Shown here: positions 43,581-52,174 of the stretch, one piece after another
Position numbering within the stretch: the first letter of the stretch is position 1
How the letters are laid out: each line of letters begins with the position of its first letter
The notes under the pieces: model-generated
The model's input: the letters and a program-made list of their open reading frames with translations, nothing else
Database searches by the model: none
Told to the model about the DNA's origin: nothing
Source of the DNA: Bacteroidales bacterium
GTDB lineage: Bacteria > Bacteroidota > Bacteroidia > Bacteroidales > UBA932
DNA length: 64,000 bases
Assembly: GCA_012522855.1 (NCBI GenBank)
Contig: JAAYJQ010000002.1
Span: forward strand, 71,607-135,606
Direction of reading: 5' to 3'
Made by a program: the position numbers and the translations under genes

Positions 43581-44765
43581 ATGGACGCGTCCCGTTTCAT
43601 AGCCAGACGCCTCCATTTCGGAGGAAAGATTCCGATGGTTTCCATTGCGATTTCTTTCCTCATCATGATCATCGCCGTCTCGGTCTCCTCCGGTTTCCGG
43701 AATGAGATTCGGGACGGGATTTCCAAGATGACGGGAGATGTACAGCTGCTTCCGGTCGACCTGAACTACATCAGCGCGGACAATCCGATTTCTTCCGCGC
43801 CGAGTTTTCTCGGCGCGATCGATTCCCTTTCAGGGGTGCGGAGCGTAGCCCCTGCGGTCTATCGCGCCGGAATCATCAAGAGCGGGGAGAATATTCACGG
43901 AGTCCTGTTCAAGGGAATCCCGGTCGACACGACGCGCGAGAATCCTGCCGATACCGTGAAATTAGGGGTGACCATCCCTTCCACACTATCCAAACTGCTC
44001 GGAGTCCGCCCCGGGGACAAACTGTTGACCTATTTCATCGGGGACCGGGTTCAGGTCCGCAATTTTCAGATTATCGATGTCTACGAAGCGCTCATGGACG
44101 GGACGGATAATCTGATCGTTCTGGCCGACATCGCCGATATGCGGAGGCTGAACGGGTGGGGAAAGGATGAATCCTCTGCATTGGAAATCGCGCTGACCCC
44201 GGCCGCGCGGAATCCCGAGGACATGCGCGAGATGGCGGGATGGATCGGAGAAATCGCCTTGCACCGGATGGGCGAGGATGACGATACCCTGATCGCCACT
44301 TCTGTGATGGATCGGTATCCTCAGATCTTCGACTGGCTGAACCTGATCGATTTCAACGTTTTGTTCATTCTTGTGCTGATGACGATCGTCGCGGGTTTCA
44401 ACATGGTTTCCGGTCTGCTGATCCTGCTGTTCAGGAGTATTTCCACGATCGGAACCCTCAAGTCCGTCGGGATGACGGACCGGTCGATCGCAAAGGTTTT
44501 CCTGCGGGTGGCTTCGAGAATCGTATGGAAGGGCATGGCGATCGGAAACGGGATCGCATTGTTGTTCTGCGTCCTGCAGAGGGAGACCCATCTGCTGAAA
44601 CTGAATCCGCAGAATTATTTCGTTTCATTCGTCCCCGTACATCTGAATCTGCCGGCGATTCTGGTCGCCGACGCGGCTGCATACATCGTCATCATGTTGC
44701 TGCTGCTGATCCCTTGCCTGTTCATTTCCCGGGTAGATCCCGCGCAGACCGTCCGGGCTCAATAG
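43581..44765 (+). CDS. FtsX-like ABC transporter permease (LolC/LolE-like)
   Basis: N-terminus RFIARRLHFGGK...MVSIAISFLIMIIAVSV, a periplasmic MacB-like domain, and three C-terminal TM helices forming the FtsX domain. Confidence 0.8.
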   Translation: MDASRFIARRLHFGGKIPMVSIAISFLIMIIAVSVSSGFRNEIRDGISKMTGDVQLLPVDLNYISADNPISSAPSFLGAIDSLSGVRSVAPAVYRAGIIKSGENIHGVLFKGIPVDTTRENPADTVKLGVTIPSTLSKLLGVRPGDKLLTYFIGDRVQVRNFQIIDVYEALMDGTDNLIVLADIADMRRLNGWGKDESSALEIALTPAARNPEDMREMAGWIGEIALHRMGEDDDTLIATSVMDRYPQIFDWLNLIDFNVLFILVLMTIVAGFNMVSGLLILLFRSISTIGTLKSVGMTDRSIAKVFLRVASRIVWKGMAIGNGIALLFCVLQRETHLLKLNPQNYFVSFVPVHLNLPAILVADAAAYIVIMLLLLIPCLFISRVDPAQTVRAQ

Positions 44766-45748
44766 GTGAGAAATTCCTGGTACTTGCCCAGTACCGAGCG
44801 GACGAAGCCGACCGTCTCGGCGCTCATGCTCGGGACGGTTTTAACCGAATCCCAGACGGCATGTCCGACACCCAGGGAGTCGGCTTCGCTGATGCAGTTC
44901 AAGATTCTGCCCTCACCGGAATTGAAGGCCGCCAAGGTGAATTTCGTCAGTTCACTGTCGTCCGAGGCGTAGTTCCGGAACATCTTATTCAGCCGGGCCA
45001 AGTACGCTGATCCCGCGCGGATGCTTTCTTCCGGATCGAACCGGTTTTCGACATCGTATTTATCCGCGGTCCGGGGCATCATCTGCAAAAGACCCACGGC
45101 TCCTCTTCCGGACTTTGCCTGGATGCGGAACCTGGATTCCTGCCACATGATGGCGGCAACCAACTTCCAATCCCAACCAATTGTCTTGGAATGGACCCGA
45201 AGGAGGCCATCGTAGGGGCTGATGATGTCGGTTCTGGTTTTCTGCCGGCGATACGGATTGTATCCGTTGAAGAAACGGTCCCGGGTGGGGATGAAGTTTT
45301 CCGAGGCTTGGAACGTCTGGAACCATTTGTCCACTTCTTTGACCCTGGCTTGGCTTGCTTTGACGATCCAGCTTATGGTGCTGTCGCCGGAATGGGTTTC
45401 GGTCACCCCTTCAAGCATTTGAAAGGATCCCCTGGGAACGACCAGGATATCCAGCACATCTTGCCGGATCGAATCCACATAGGGAGCGGCGTCCGGGTGA
45501 ATGTCGATTTCAGCAGGGATGCCGATGCTCTCCGCGAAGTTTCGCAGAAGTTCGAAGTTATACCCGGTAAGATACCCTTTGGAGAGTTTGTCGAAGTCTC
45601 CCAGGCAGATCGCGCACCGCAAGGTGTCCTTTTGGAACGGCACATCGTTGTCCTTGTGTTTCACATACTTCACCAAGAAAGCGAGTGACGCGAGGATCAG
45701 TGTCAGCAAGAGCAGGAGAAAGTATTTTCTAGCGTTAGGTTTGGCCAT
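44759..45748 (-). CDS. membrane-bound lytic transglycosylase (MltF-like: solute-binding-like domain plus SLT domain)
   Basis: SLT catalytic region AIMWQESRFRIQAKSGRGAVGLLQMMPRTA and an N-terminal TM/signal anchor. Confidence 0.8.
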   Translation of the reverse strand: MAKPNARKYFLLLLLTLILASLAFLVKYVKHKDNDVPFQKDTLRCAICLGDFDKLSKGYLTGYNFELLRNFAESIGIPAEIDIHPDAAPYVDSIRQDVLDILVVPRGSFQMLEGVTETHSGDSTISWIVKASQARVKEVDKWFQTFQASENFIPTRDRFFNGYNPYRRQKTRTDIISPYDGLLRVHSKTIGWDWKLVAAIMWQESRFRIQAKSGRGAVGLLQMMPRTADKYDVENRFDPEESIRAGSAYLARLNKMFRNYASDDSELTKFTLAAFNSGEGRILNCISEADSLGVGHAVWDSVKTVPSMSAETVGFVRSVLGKYQEFLTY

Positions 45749-45769
45749 AATCGTTTGTTTTGAATCCGC

Positions 45770-48469
45770 TTAACGGTTGATGAAACCGCCCATGCCACCG
45801 GAGCCTCTTCCGCCTCCGGAGAGTCCGGAACCTGCCTCGACCGTACGGTTTTCGGTAGGTTGCTTGTAGAAGGGCCAATATATGCCGAACTTCAGCGAGC
45901 GCTGCGTCCGGATGAAATGGTGCGCGGAAAAGTAGTCATTCTTGTCCATCGGCCAGCCTTGCCCGATGTTTTCAACCTTGACGAAGATGCAAGCTCGTTT
46001 CCACTGCATGTTGAGGAAAACGTCAATCACGGGACCGCTGTTGTAGGTTACTTCACGCTGGTTGTAGAAGGCGCCTACGGCGGGATTCCAGCCGGGAGTG
46101 TAGTAAGACGTGTTGTACCAGGCATTCGCGCCGATCTGCATCTGCATGATTTCGCGCTTGACATCGAACTGCAGGTAGTACCGTGCGTTGACCGCAAGCC
46201 GGGGCAGGGGAACGACTTCCTGGTCGGAGGACAACTGGAACAGAAACCTATGGTCCAGATGGATCAGCCGAAACAAGTTGAAGTTCTTTGTCAAGGTGGC
46301 GGAAAGAACACTCATGGGGGCGTCGTTCTGGCGGACGACGCCTGTGGAATCGAAATAGATGTTCTTGCTCAGCAGGGCATAGCCGGCTGAGAGGCCGATG
46401 TTCCAGTGGGGAATCGCCAGTTCTCCCTGCAACTCGGTGGTTGAAATCTTGTCGAAATCATTCTCCCATTTGTAGTGGTTTGAAAAGAAGCGCTGGTGAT
46501 AGAAGTCCGGTTCTTCCAGCGATGTCCCGAAATGCAGGTTCAGGGATACGGGACGCTTTCGATCCCTACGGAACGGGTGCAAATCGAAGCGGGCGTTGGC
46601 TTCTAACGAGACATCGTTCTGTTCGTCACCGACAAAAGTGTAGTCACTGACGGCATTCCAATGGATGTAGTCTTTCAGTTGGCCTTCGACGCCGGCATAG
46701 ACGAACGCTGAGTTCCAGACGGTGTTCGAACCTCCTTTCAAGAATGTGGGATCAAAACTGTAGTAGCGCAGGATCCGGTTTCCGATCCCGCCGTTCAGTT
46801 TGGATACGATTCCTTGGCTGGACCAGGGCTGCAACCGGAGGAACAATCGGTTTTCAAGTTTCATAACCCGGACGGAATCCGAGGAATTAGTCGGATGGTA
46901 GAGGAAAGTGTTCCGGTAGAATTCGCGGGCTGCGATGTCCGAGGAGGAAATCTGGTCGCGGTATCCTTTGCGGAAGACGGAATATTCGCTGCTGTGACCG
47001 ATGAAGGCGGTTGTGATGTCCCGGTCCCCGAGCGAGTCTTCCTCTTCCCGCAACCTTTCCCGTCCGGCCAGCAGCAGCTCCATTCTGGCGATGGCCGCTG
47101 AGTCGCCTGTTGCGGTAACGCTGTCGCGGTAGGCTTGCTCTGCTTTGATCACCTTGCGGTTCCGTAGATTCTTCAGGAAGGAGAACGGAATGCGGTACTG
47201 CTGGTCGAGAAAGAAAGTGTTTTTCTTCAGCCCCGTGCTCGCATTGGAAAGAAAGATCGGATATTCCCGCGCATCGAGGGTCGTGTCGCGGACCATCGCA
47301 TTGTCGGCGATTCCTCCGTTCTCCCCGCGCCTCACCATGTTGTAGATGTAGCCGAAATGCATCAGGTAGCGCTTGCCCAGATAATTCGTAGAGGCCACGA
47401 AAGTTTTGTTGCTCGTCGCTTCGTTTTCCACCATCCCGTTTCCTCCGAACCGATTGTATTCAAGAGTCAGATTGAAAGCAGGCCAGAAGTTCTGGGTGGT
47501 CAGGATGTGGAGATTATTCGATTCCTTCTGGCTCTTCGCGAAAAGCGTACCGAAAAAGGCCAGTTCTGTGTAGGCCGTCTTCGAGTTGTACATAGGCAAT
47601 GTCGCGGGCGAGTAGCTCCAGGATTCGTAAGGATCGTAGAAGGATATTCCGTTCTCGCTCTTCCGGTTGAAAAAGTTGTAGTACTGCAAGGCGGAACCGG
47701 CGACGCCCAGCCAAGTGGCGTTCACATCCTTCCGGAAGAAAGGATAGTCGTAGAACCGGTAGTTGTAGTTCGTGTCCAGTTCTTTCACTTCCATCCGGTG
47801 GAATTCCCGCTCATGGGTCCAGGTGATGATGCGCTTGTATTGCATGGAATCAGTCAGAGCGAAGGTCTCGAGGATCCGGGGGGTTGCTTCCCGGATGCTG
47901 TCCCGGATGGCGCCCAAACTGTCCTTGACGGCCAGGATGCTGTCTGTCACCGCTTGTTTGCGGTTGGCTTTCTCTTCGAAATCATATTTTTTGCGTTCCG
48001 TCTTGGAAAGTCCCGCATACCAGGCATCGAAGGCTGCCTTCGCGCGGGATGCGGAATCGGCGTAGTAGAGTGAGTCCAACCGAGGCCAGTCCAGGGAATC
48101 CCCTGAATTCCGGAGCGAATCGACCACCAGCTTGTGTGTCAATGAGTCCAACAAGGCAACGTAGTATTTGTAGCGGAACGGGTCGCTTTCTCGGAGAGAA
48201 TCCGGCGGAAACAGGGTGTCGCGTGCCGTTAGTTGAGGCACGGTGTCGAAGAGGGGGAACAGCAACCCGACCGTGTCTTCTTCCAGGATTTCGGGAAGGT
48301 TACCGAATAGGTACTCGTACAGAATGGTGTCGGGAGCCGTTTTCTCGGCAGTGACAAGACCGAAGCCAGGATCCCCCGCCGGCTTGAACAAATCCATGCC
48401 GACGGTCTGCAGCGCAAGCGCGCAGATGATCGCCAATGGGAATCCTATTTTCTTCAACGCACCTTTCAT
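45770..48469 (-). CDS. very large predicted outer-membrane beta-barrel protein (putative-porin/Porin_10-like) with a Gly-rich C-terminal tail
   Basis: Signal sequence MKGALKKIGFPLAIICALALQ, ~600 aa of alternating aromatic/polar beta-strand patterns, and tail GSGLSGGGRGSGGMGGFINR. The ORF-track start is a TTG lying inside the -7 box, so the ATG at 48469 is preferred. Confidence 0.6.
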   Translation of the reverse strand: MKGALKKIGFPLAIICALALQTVGMDLFKPAGDPGFGLVTAEKTAPDTILYEYLFGNLPEILEEDTVGLLFPLFDTVPQLTARDTLFPPDSLRESDPFRYKYYVALLDSLTHKLVVDSLRNSGDSLDWPRLDSLYYADSASRAKAAFDAWYAGLSKTERKKYDFEEKANRKQAVTDSILAVKDSLGAIRDSIREATPRILETFALTDSMQYKRIITWTHEREFHRMEVKELDTNYNYRFYDYPFFRKDVNATWLGVAGSALQYYNFFNRKSENGISFYDPYESWSYSPATLPMYNSKTAYTELAFFGTLFAKSQKESNNLHILTTQNFWPAFNLTLEYNRFGGNGMVENEATSNKTFVASTNYLGKRYLMHFGYIYNMVRRGENGGIADNAMVRDTTLDAREYPIFLSNASTGLKKNTFFLDQQYRIPFSFLKNLRNRKVIKAEQAYRDSVTATGDSAAIARMELLLAGRERLREEEDSLGDRDITTAFIGHSSEYSVFRKGYRDQISSSDIAAREFYRNTFLYHPTNSSDSVRVMKLENRLFLRLQPWSSQGIVSKLNGGIGNRILRYYSFDPTFLKGGSNTVWNSAFVYAGVEGQLKDYIHWNAVSDYTFVGDEQNDVSLEANARFDLHPFRRDRKRPVSLNLHFGTSLEEPDFYHQRFFSNHYKWENDFDKISTTELQGELAIPHWNIGLSAGYALLSKNIYFDSTGVVRQNDAPMSVLSATLTKNFNLFRLIHLDHRFLFQLSSDQEVVPLPRLAVNARYYLQFDVKREIMQMQIGANAWYNTSYYTPGWNPAVGAFYNQREVTYNSGPVIDVFLNMQWKRACIFVKVENIGQGWPMDKNDYFSAHHFIRTQRSLKFGIYWPFYKQPTENRTVEAGSGLSGGGRGSGGMGGFINR

Positions 48470-48490
48470 CTTCCGGTGTGAATAATTCGG

Positions 48491-48498
48491 CAAATATA
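48491..48498 (-). promoter_or_regulatory. candidate -7 box (TATATTTG on the minus strand) for the large beta-barrel gene
   Basis: The plus strand reads CAAATATA, 22 nt upstream of the ATG at 48469. Confidence 0.45.
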
Positions 48499-48594
48499 CT
48501 CACTTTTCGCGTTTCCAACAAATCCCGAGCCACCTTCCGTCTCCCGGCCTGCCGTTCGGGCCGAGGCGGATCATCGGTTTCGCCGGAAATTCCC

Positions 48595-48602
48595 TATTTT
48601 TG
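48595..48602 (+). promoter_or_regulatory. candidate -7 box (TATTTTTG) for the YgjP-like gene
   Basis: Exact TAnnTTTG match 23 nt upstream of the ATG at 48626. Confidence 0.45.
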
Positions 48603-48625
48603 CAGTTGCCCAACCAAGATGCGGC

Positions 48626-49474
48626 ATGAATATGAAGGAGAAGATTCTCAGAGACGATCAGATCGGGGAGGTGGTGCTGCGTAAAAGTACCCGATCCCGA
48701 CGGTTGAGCGTCCGCGTTCATCCGGTTCGCGGCGTAAGCGTCAGCATTCCCTGGTTCATGAGCGAATTGGATGGAGCGCGATTCTTCCAGTCCAAACGAG
48801 ACTGGGTACTCCGCGCGATCGATCGGCAGCGGCAGAAGGCCGTTGTCGCTGAAGAGACGGGTCGAGCCATTTCCGGGCTCGGGAACGGCTCGGTAATCCA
48901 TACCCTGCTGTCGGAAGTCACTTTCCGGGAAGATACGAAACCCGGGGTCGAAGTGATCCCCGTAGAAGATGTCCGTGCCACGCGTCGGACCTACCTCAAC
49001 CTTGCGCGTCCCCTTTTTCGGAAGATCGTACATTTTACGCCGGACACGGACTTGCGCAAGACGCTGGTCGAACTCCTGCGCGGCGAGGCCAAGACCCTTT
49101 TGCCGACCAAACTTCGCTACTTCGCGGAGCGGTATGGTTTCACATATGGGCGCGTTACGATCAAGCACAATTCATCGAACTGGGGAAGCTGCTCCTCGAA
49201 AGGAAACATCAATCTGAATCTGAACCTGGTCCGTCTGCCCGAACCGCTCTGTGACTACGTGCTCTTGCACGAACTCTGCCATCTGCATAACCCCAATCAC
49301 AGTGCCCGTTTTCACCGAGAACTCGAAAAGCGGGTCATGGACAACTTGGATCGGCTGTCGAGGCTTGGAGACCCCTCTTCGGATCAGTTGCTTGCCGATT
49401 TCCGATCCGGTGGCGGATCTTTCCGTATCGATGAATATCTCAGCCGTCAGATCGCCCGGTACCGAATCTTTTAA
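48626..49474 (+). CDS. YgjP/DUF45 (M48-like, SprT-like) metal-dependent hydrolase
   Basis: WGSCSSKGNINLNLNLVRLP followed by the HExxH motif (LLHELCHLHNPNHSARF) is the signature of the family. Confidence 0.8.
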   Translation: MNMKEKILRDDQIGEVVLRKSTRSRRLSVRVHPVRGVSVSIPWFMSELDGARFFQSKRDWVLRAIDRQRQKAVVAEETGRAISGLGNGSVIHTLLSEVTFREDTKPGVEVIPVEDVRATRRTYLNLARPLFRKIVHFTPDTDLRKTLVELLRGEAKTLLPTKLRYFAERYGFTYGRVTIKHNSSNWGSCSSKGNINLNLNLVRLPEPLCDYVLLHELCHLHNPNHSARFHRELEKRVMDNLDRLSRLGDPSSDQLLADFRSGGGSFRIDEYLSRQIARYRIF

Positions 49475-49608
49475 ATAGGTGTCCCCTTGAGAAATCCGGC
49501 GGCTTTTTCGCCTTTCCGACTTTTGCATGTCAGGCTGACGCCGGCGTCGAGGTCCCAGCCCGGCAAGCTTCCGACGCTCCGCTGCTGTTCCTCTAAACCT
49601 GCGGTTCT

Positions 49609-49716
49609 TCCAGAGGTGGCGTTCCATTCACAGAATCCCGTGGAAACATGCTGCGGCTCCGCCTCAGATGGCGCTCAGTTCGCCGAATCCCGGGAAAGCG
49701 TGTTCGCGGCTCCGCC
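49609..49716. repeat. imperfect tandem direct repeat (55 + 53 nt, roughly three-quarters identical) inside a 400-bp gene-free GC-rich spacer
   Basis: Both units run TC(C)AGA..TGGCG.TC..TTC...GAATCCCG.GGAAA...GCGGCTCCGCC. A more degenerate third unit may lie at ~49530-49583. Confidence 0.6.
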
Positions 49717-49872
49717 CGAGGCCGGATCGACGGAGAAGCCGATGGAGCCTAAAGTCTTGCGGCACAATGCGTAGATGGTATTTCATCTCCGGCTCCGGCA
49801 GGGGATGAATATGGTTCAATGGACGGATGACCAGCCAGTTAACCTCCACGGCTACGAAAGAGGATGCTCCGG

Positions 49873-50808
49873 CTATGTGGTTAAGTCGATCGGATCGGAA
49901 TTGCCGGCCGGACTCTGAAGCGGAATACTTTTCATGTATCGCAGGATCAGAACGAGGGCGACAGCGCTCAATGCGAACAGGATGGAATATTGCCAAGCGG
50001 GAATGAGATCGAGCAGACTCTTGGCGTTTTCCACCTTTTCACCGCCGAAGTAACTCAGCATCGCGGATAGGAAGTTGTTCGCGAAGTGCATCAGAATCGT
50101 CAGTTTCAATGAGCCCGTCCGGTAGTAGACATAGCCAAGCAGGCAGCCCAGCAGAAAGGCGGTGATGCCTTGCCACAGGTTCCCGTGTATGGTCGCGAAA
50201 AACAGGGCGGAAATTACGATGGCCAGCGCCGGGCTTATTCCGGCTTTGACATTGCCTTCCTTGTCCTTTCGTTTCGCATGCAGGAGCCCCCTCAGCACAA
50301 TGCCCCGGCACATCCACTCTTCGAAAATCGGTGCCAGGACGCAGGTGCTCAGGAGGGTGATCCACAAAGGAGCATCCATAAGCATCTTCATGGCGTTTTT
50401 CCAGGTTTCGGACATTTCCGGCAGGAAGCTGTTCACGAGTTCCAGCATCAAGGCCGCGGACAGGGTGGCGATTACGGCCAGCAAGGCCATCCAGCCTCCT
50501 CCTGCCTTGCCGAAGTGCTTGCTGTCCAATGCGTAGCCGACATCGAACATCGCGTTCCGGCTGCTCATGTACTTGGTGAAAATCAGAACCGGAACAAACT
50601 GGACGACATAGACGATCGGGAAAAGATAGGAATTCGGGATGTCCGCAAAGCCGAATTGCGCGGGTATCACGACCAGCATCCCCAAGAACATTCCGGCCAG
50701 GAACCAGAGGAGAACGGTGAACATGCCTCCGACTCCGGGCGTGTACCAGGAGAATCCGGAGAAAAAGTCATAGTTCTTTTCGACTTTGCGCGGATTGAAG
50801 AAGGACAT
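49873..50808 (-). CDS. CPBP family intramembrane glutamic endopeptidase (CAAX protease-like)
   Basis: Motif 1 APIFEEWMCRG, motif 2 FFATIHGN, motif 3 LMHFANNF. Polytopic. Confidence 0.8.
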   Translation of the reverse strand: MSFFNPRKVEKNYDFFSGFSWYTPGVGGMFTVLLWFLAGMFLGMLVVIPAQFGFADIPNSYLFPIVYVVQFVPVLIFTKYMSSRNAMFDVGYALDSKHFGKAGGGWMALLAVIATLSAALMLELVNSFLPEMSETWKNAMKMLMDAPLWITLLSTCVLAPIFEEWMCRGIVLRGLLHAKRKDKEGNVKAGISPALAIVISALFFATIHGNLWQGITAFLLGCLLGYVYYRTGSLKLTILMHFANNFLSAMLSYFGGEKVENAKSLLDLIPAWQYSILFALSAVALVLILRYMKSIPLQSPAGNSDPIDLTT

Positions 50809-50810
50809 GG

Positions 50811-51746
50811 CTACTTCCAGAGCGGAGTCGGATAGACTCCCGTGTCAACGAGTTCCTGAAGTTTCGCCACTACGCCCGGACGGTCTTCCTTGTAGGTGAC
50901 TCCGAACCAGCGGGAATCAGTCGAGAGCACCTCGCAGTTCATCCGTTCCGCCTTCATCAGTTCGTCAACGGCGAGCGGGATGAAAAATTCTTTTTTGAGT
51001 TCGTTCAGGTTTTTCTCAAGGAAGAGATCGAAAACCTCCTCGCTGAGGTCGAAGTAGTCCGGCGTGAATCCCCACATATTCATAGAGCAAAGCGCCTTGC
51101 CGTCGAGTTCGACATGGGTGCGGCCATCGACGGAATTGTCTCCGTAAACCTTCCCGTCCGCTTCCTTGCCGATGTTCAGGTGTTCGACGATACCCGTTAG
51201 ATGGAGCTGCTCGTCGTAGAAGCAGATGCCGCGGGAGACGGTTCCGTGCTCGGACAAGGTATTGTCCAGCCTGAACCCTACGATGCTGCACACTCCCTTG
51301 GAATCCGCATGTGCTCGGAGCCATTCGGCCAGAATCCGGAAGGAATCCTTGCCGTAATAGTCGTCCCCGTTGATGACGGCGAAGGGCTCATGGATGACAT
51401 TTTTCGCCATCAGAACAGCGTGGGCGGTACCCCAGGGCTTCTGCCGTTCGGGATTCAGCGTAAAACGGGATGGGATTTTGCTCAATTCCTGGGTTACAAA
51501 TTCGAACTTCATCGGCTCTCCATCCGGACCTTTCAAATTGCTGTACTTCTGTCGCGCGACCTCTTCGAACTGCGCTTTGAAGTATTCCCGGACGATGTAC
51601 ACGACTTTGCCGAATCCGGCATTTACGGCATCGTAGATTGAATAATCGATGATCGTTTCTCCGCTCGGGCCGAGGCCATCCATCTGTTTGAGGCCACCGT
51701 AGCGGCTACCCATTCCTGCTGCCAGGACAAGAAGCGTTGGTTTCAT
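50811..51746 (-). CDS. sugar-phosphate nucleotidyltransferase-like protein (NTP_transferase fold)
   Basis: N-terminal LVLAAGMGSRYGGLKQ (the G-x-G-t-R motif of nucleotidylyltransferases). Start at the internal ATG MKPTLLV, 36 nt downstream of a -7 box. Confidence 0.7.
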   Translation of the reverse strand: MKPTLLVLAAGMGSRYGGLKQMDGLGPSGETIIDYSIYDAVNAGFGKVVYIVREYFKAQFEEVARQKYSNLKGPDGEPMKFEFVTQELSKIPSRFTLNPERQKPWGTAHAVLMAKNVIHEPFAVINGDDYYGKDSFRILAEWLRAHADSKGVCSIVGFRLDNTLSEHGTVSRGICFYDEQLHLTGIVEHLNIGKEADGKVYGDNSVDGRTHVELDGKALCSMNMWGFTPDYFDLSEEVFDLFLEKNLNELKKEFFIPLAVDELMKAERMNCEVLSTDSRWFGVTYKEDRPGVVAKLQELVDTGVYPTPLWK

Positions 51747-51781
51747 AAGCTGTAGGATTAAAATATGTTCGGTTGATACGG

Positions 51782-51789
51782 CAAATTTA
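51782..51789 (-). promoter_or_regulatory. candidate -7 box (TAAATTTG on the minus strand) for the nucleotidyltransferase-CPBP operon
   Basis: The plus strand reads CAAATTTA, back-to-back (2-nt gap) with the oppositely oriented box at 51792-51799. Confidence 0.45.
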
Positions 51790-51791
51790 AC

Positions 51792-51799
51792 TATTTTTG
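51792..51799 (+). promoter_or_regulatory. candidate -7 box (TATTTTTG) for the ftsB-like gene
   Basis: Exact TAnnTTTG match. It coincides with the TTG that opens the ORF-track ORF, so that start is unlikely. Confidence 0.45.
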
Positions 51800-51847
51800 C
51801 AGAGAATATCGCAGGCCGAGTCAAATCTTTCAAGATTCTTCAGCAAA

Positions 51848-52174
51848 TTGGGAAAGTTCAGAGACATATGGAACACTGAAAAGGATGGAAAACAGGCCGA
51901 AAAACGGTCTTTCATCCGCTATGCGATTCTTGCCACGGCCGTGTTCCTCCTGCTGGTCGGATTCCTCAACCAGAACAACTTTGTTCGTTGGATCAAGGCG
52001 GGCATCGAGATCCGGCAGCAGGAAAAGCAGATGGAACGGTATCAGCGGGAAATCAAGGAAATGGACAATCAGATCCACGGTCTGACCACAAGCAAGGATT
52101 CCCTCGAACAATATGCCCGCGAGCATTTCAACTTCGCTGAGCCCGGCGACGATGTCTATCTTGAGGAAGACTAG
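51848..52174 (+). CDS. septum formation initiator (FtsB/DivIC-like) protein; start uncertain
   Basis: TM segment FIRYAILATAVFLLLVGFL followed by a coiled coil (IEIRQQEKQMERYQREIKEMDNQIHGL). There is no in-frame ATG before the TM segment, and the in-frame TTG at 51848 (LGKFRDIW) is the first plausible start downstream of the promoter box. Confidence 0.6.
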   Translation: MGKFRDIWNTEKDGKQAEKRSFIRYAILATAVFLLLVGFLNQNNFVRWIKAGIEIRQQEKQMERYQREIKEMDNQIHGLTTSKDSLEQYAREHFNFAEPGDDVYLEED

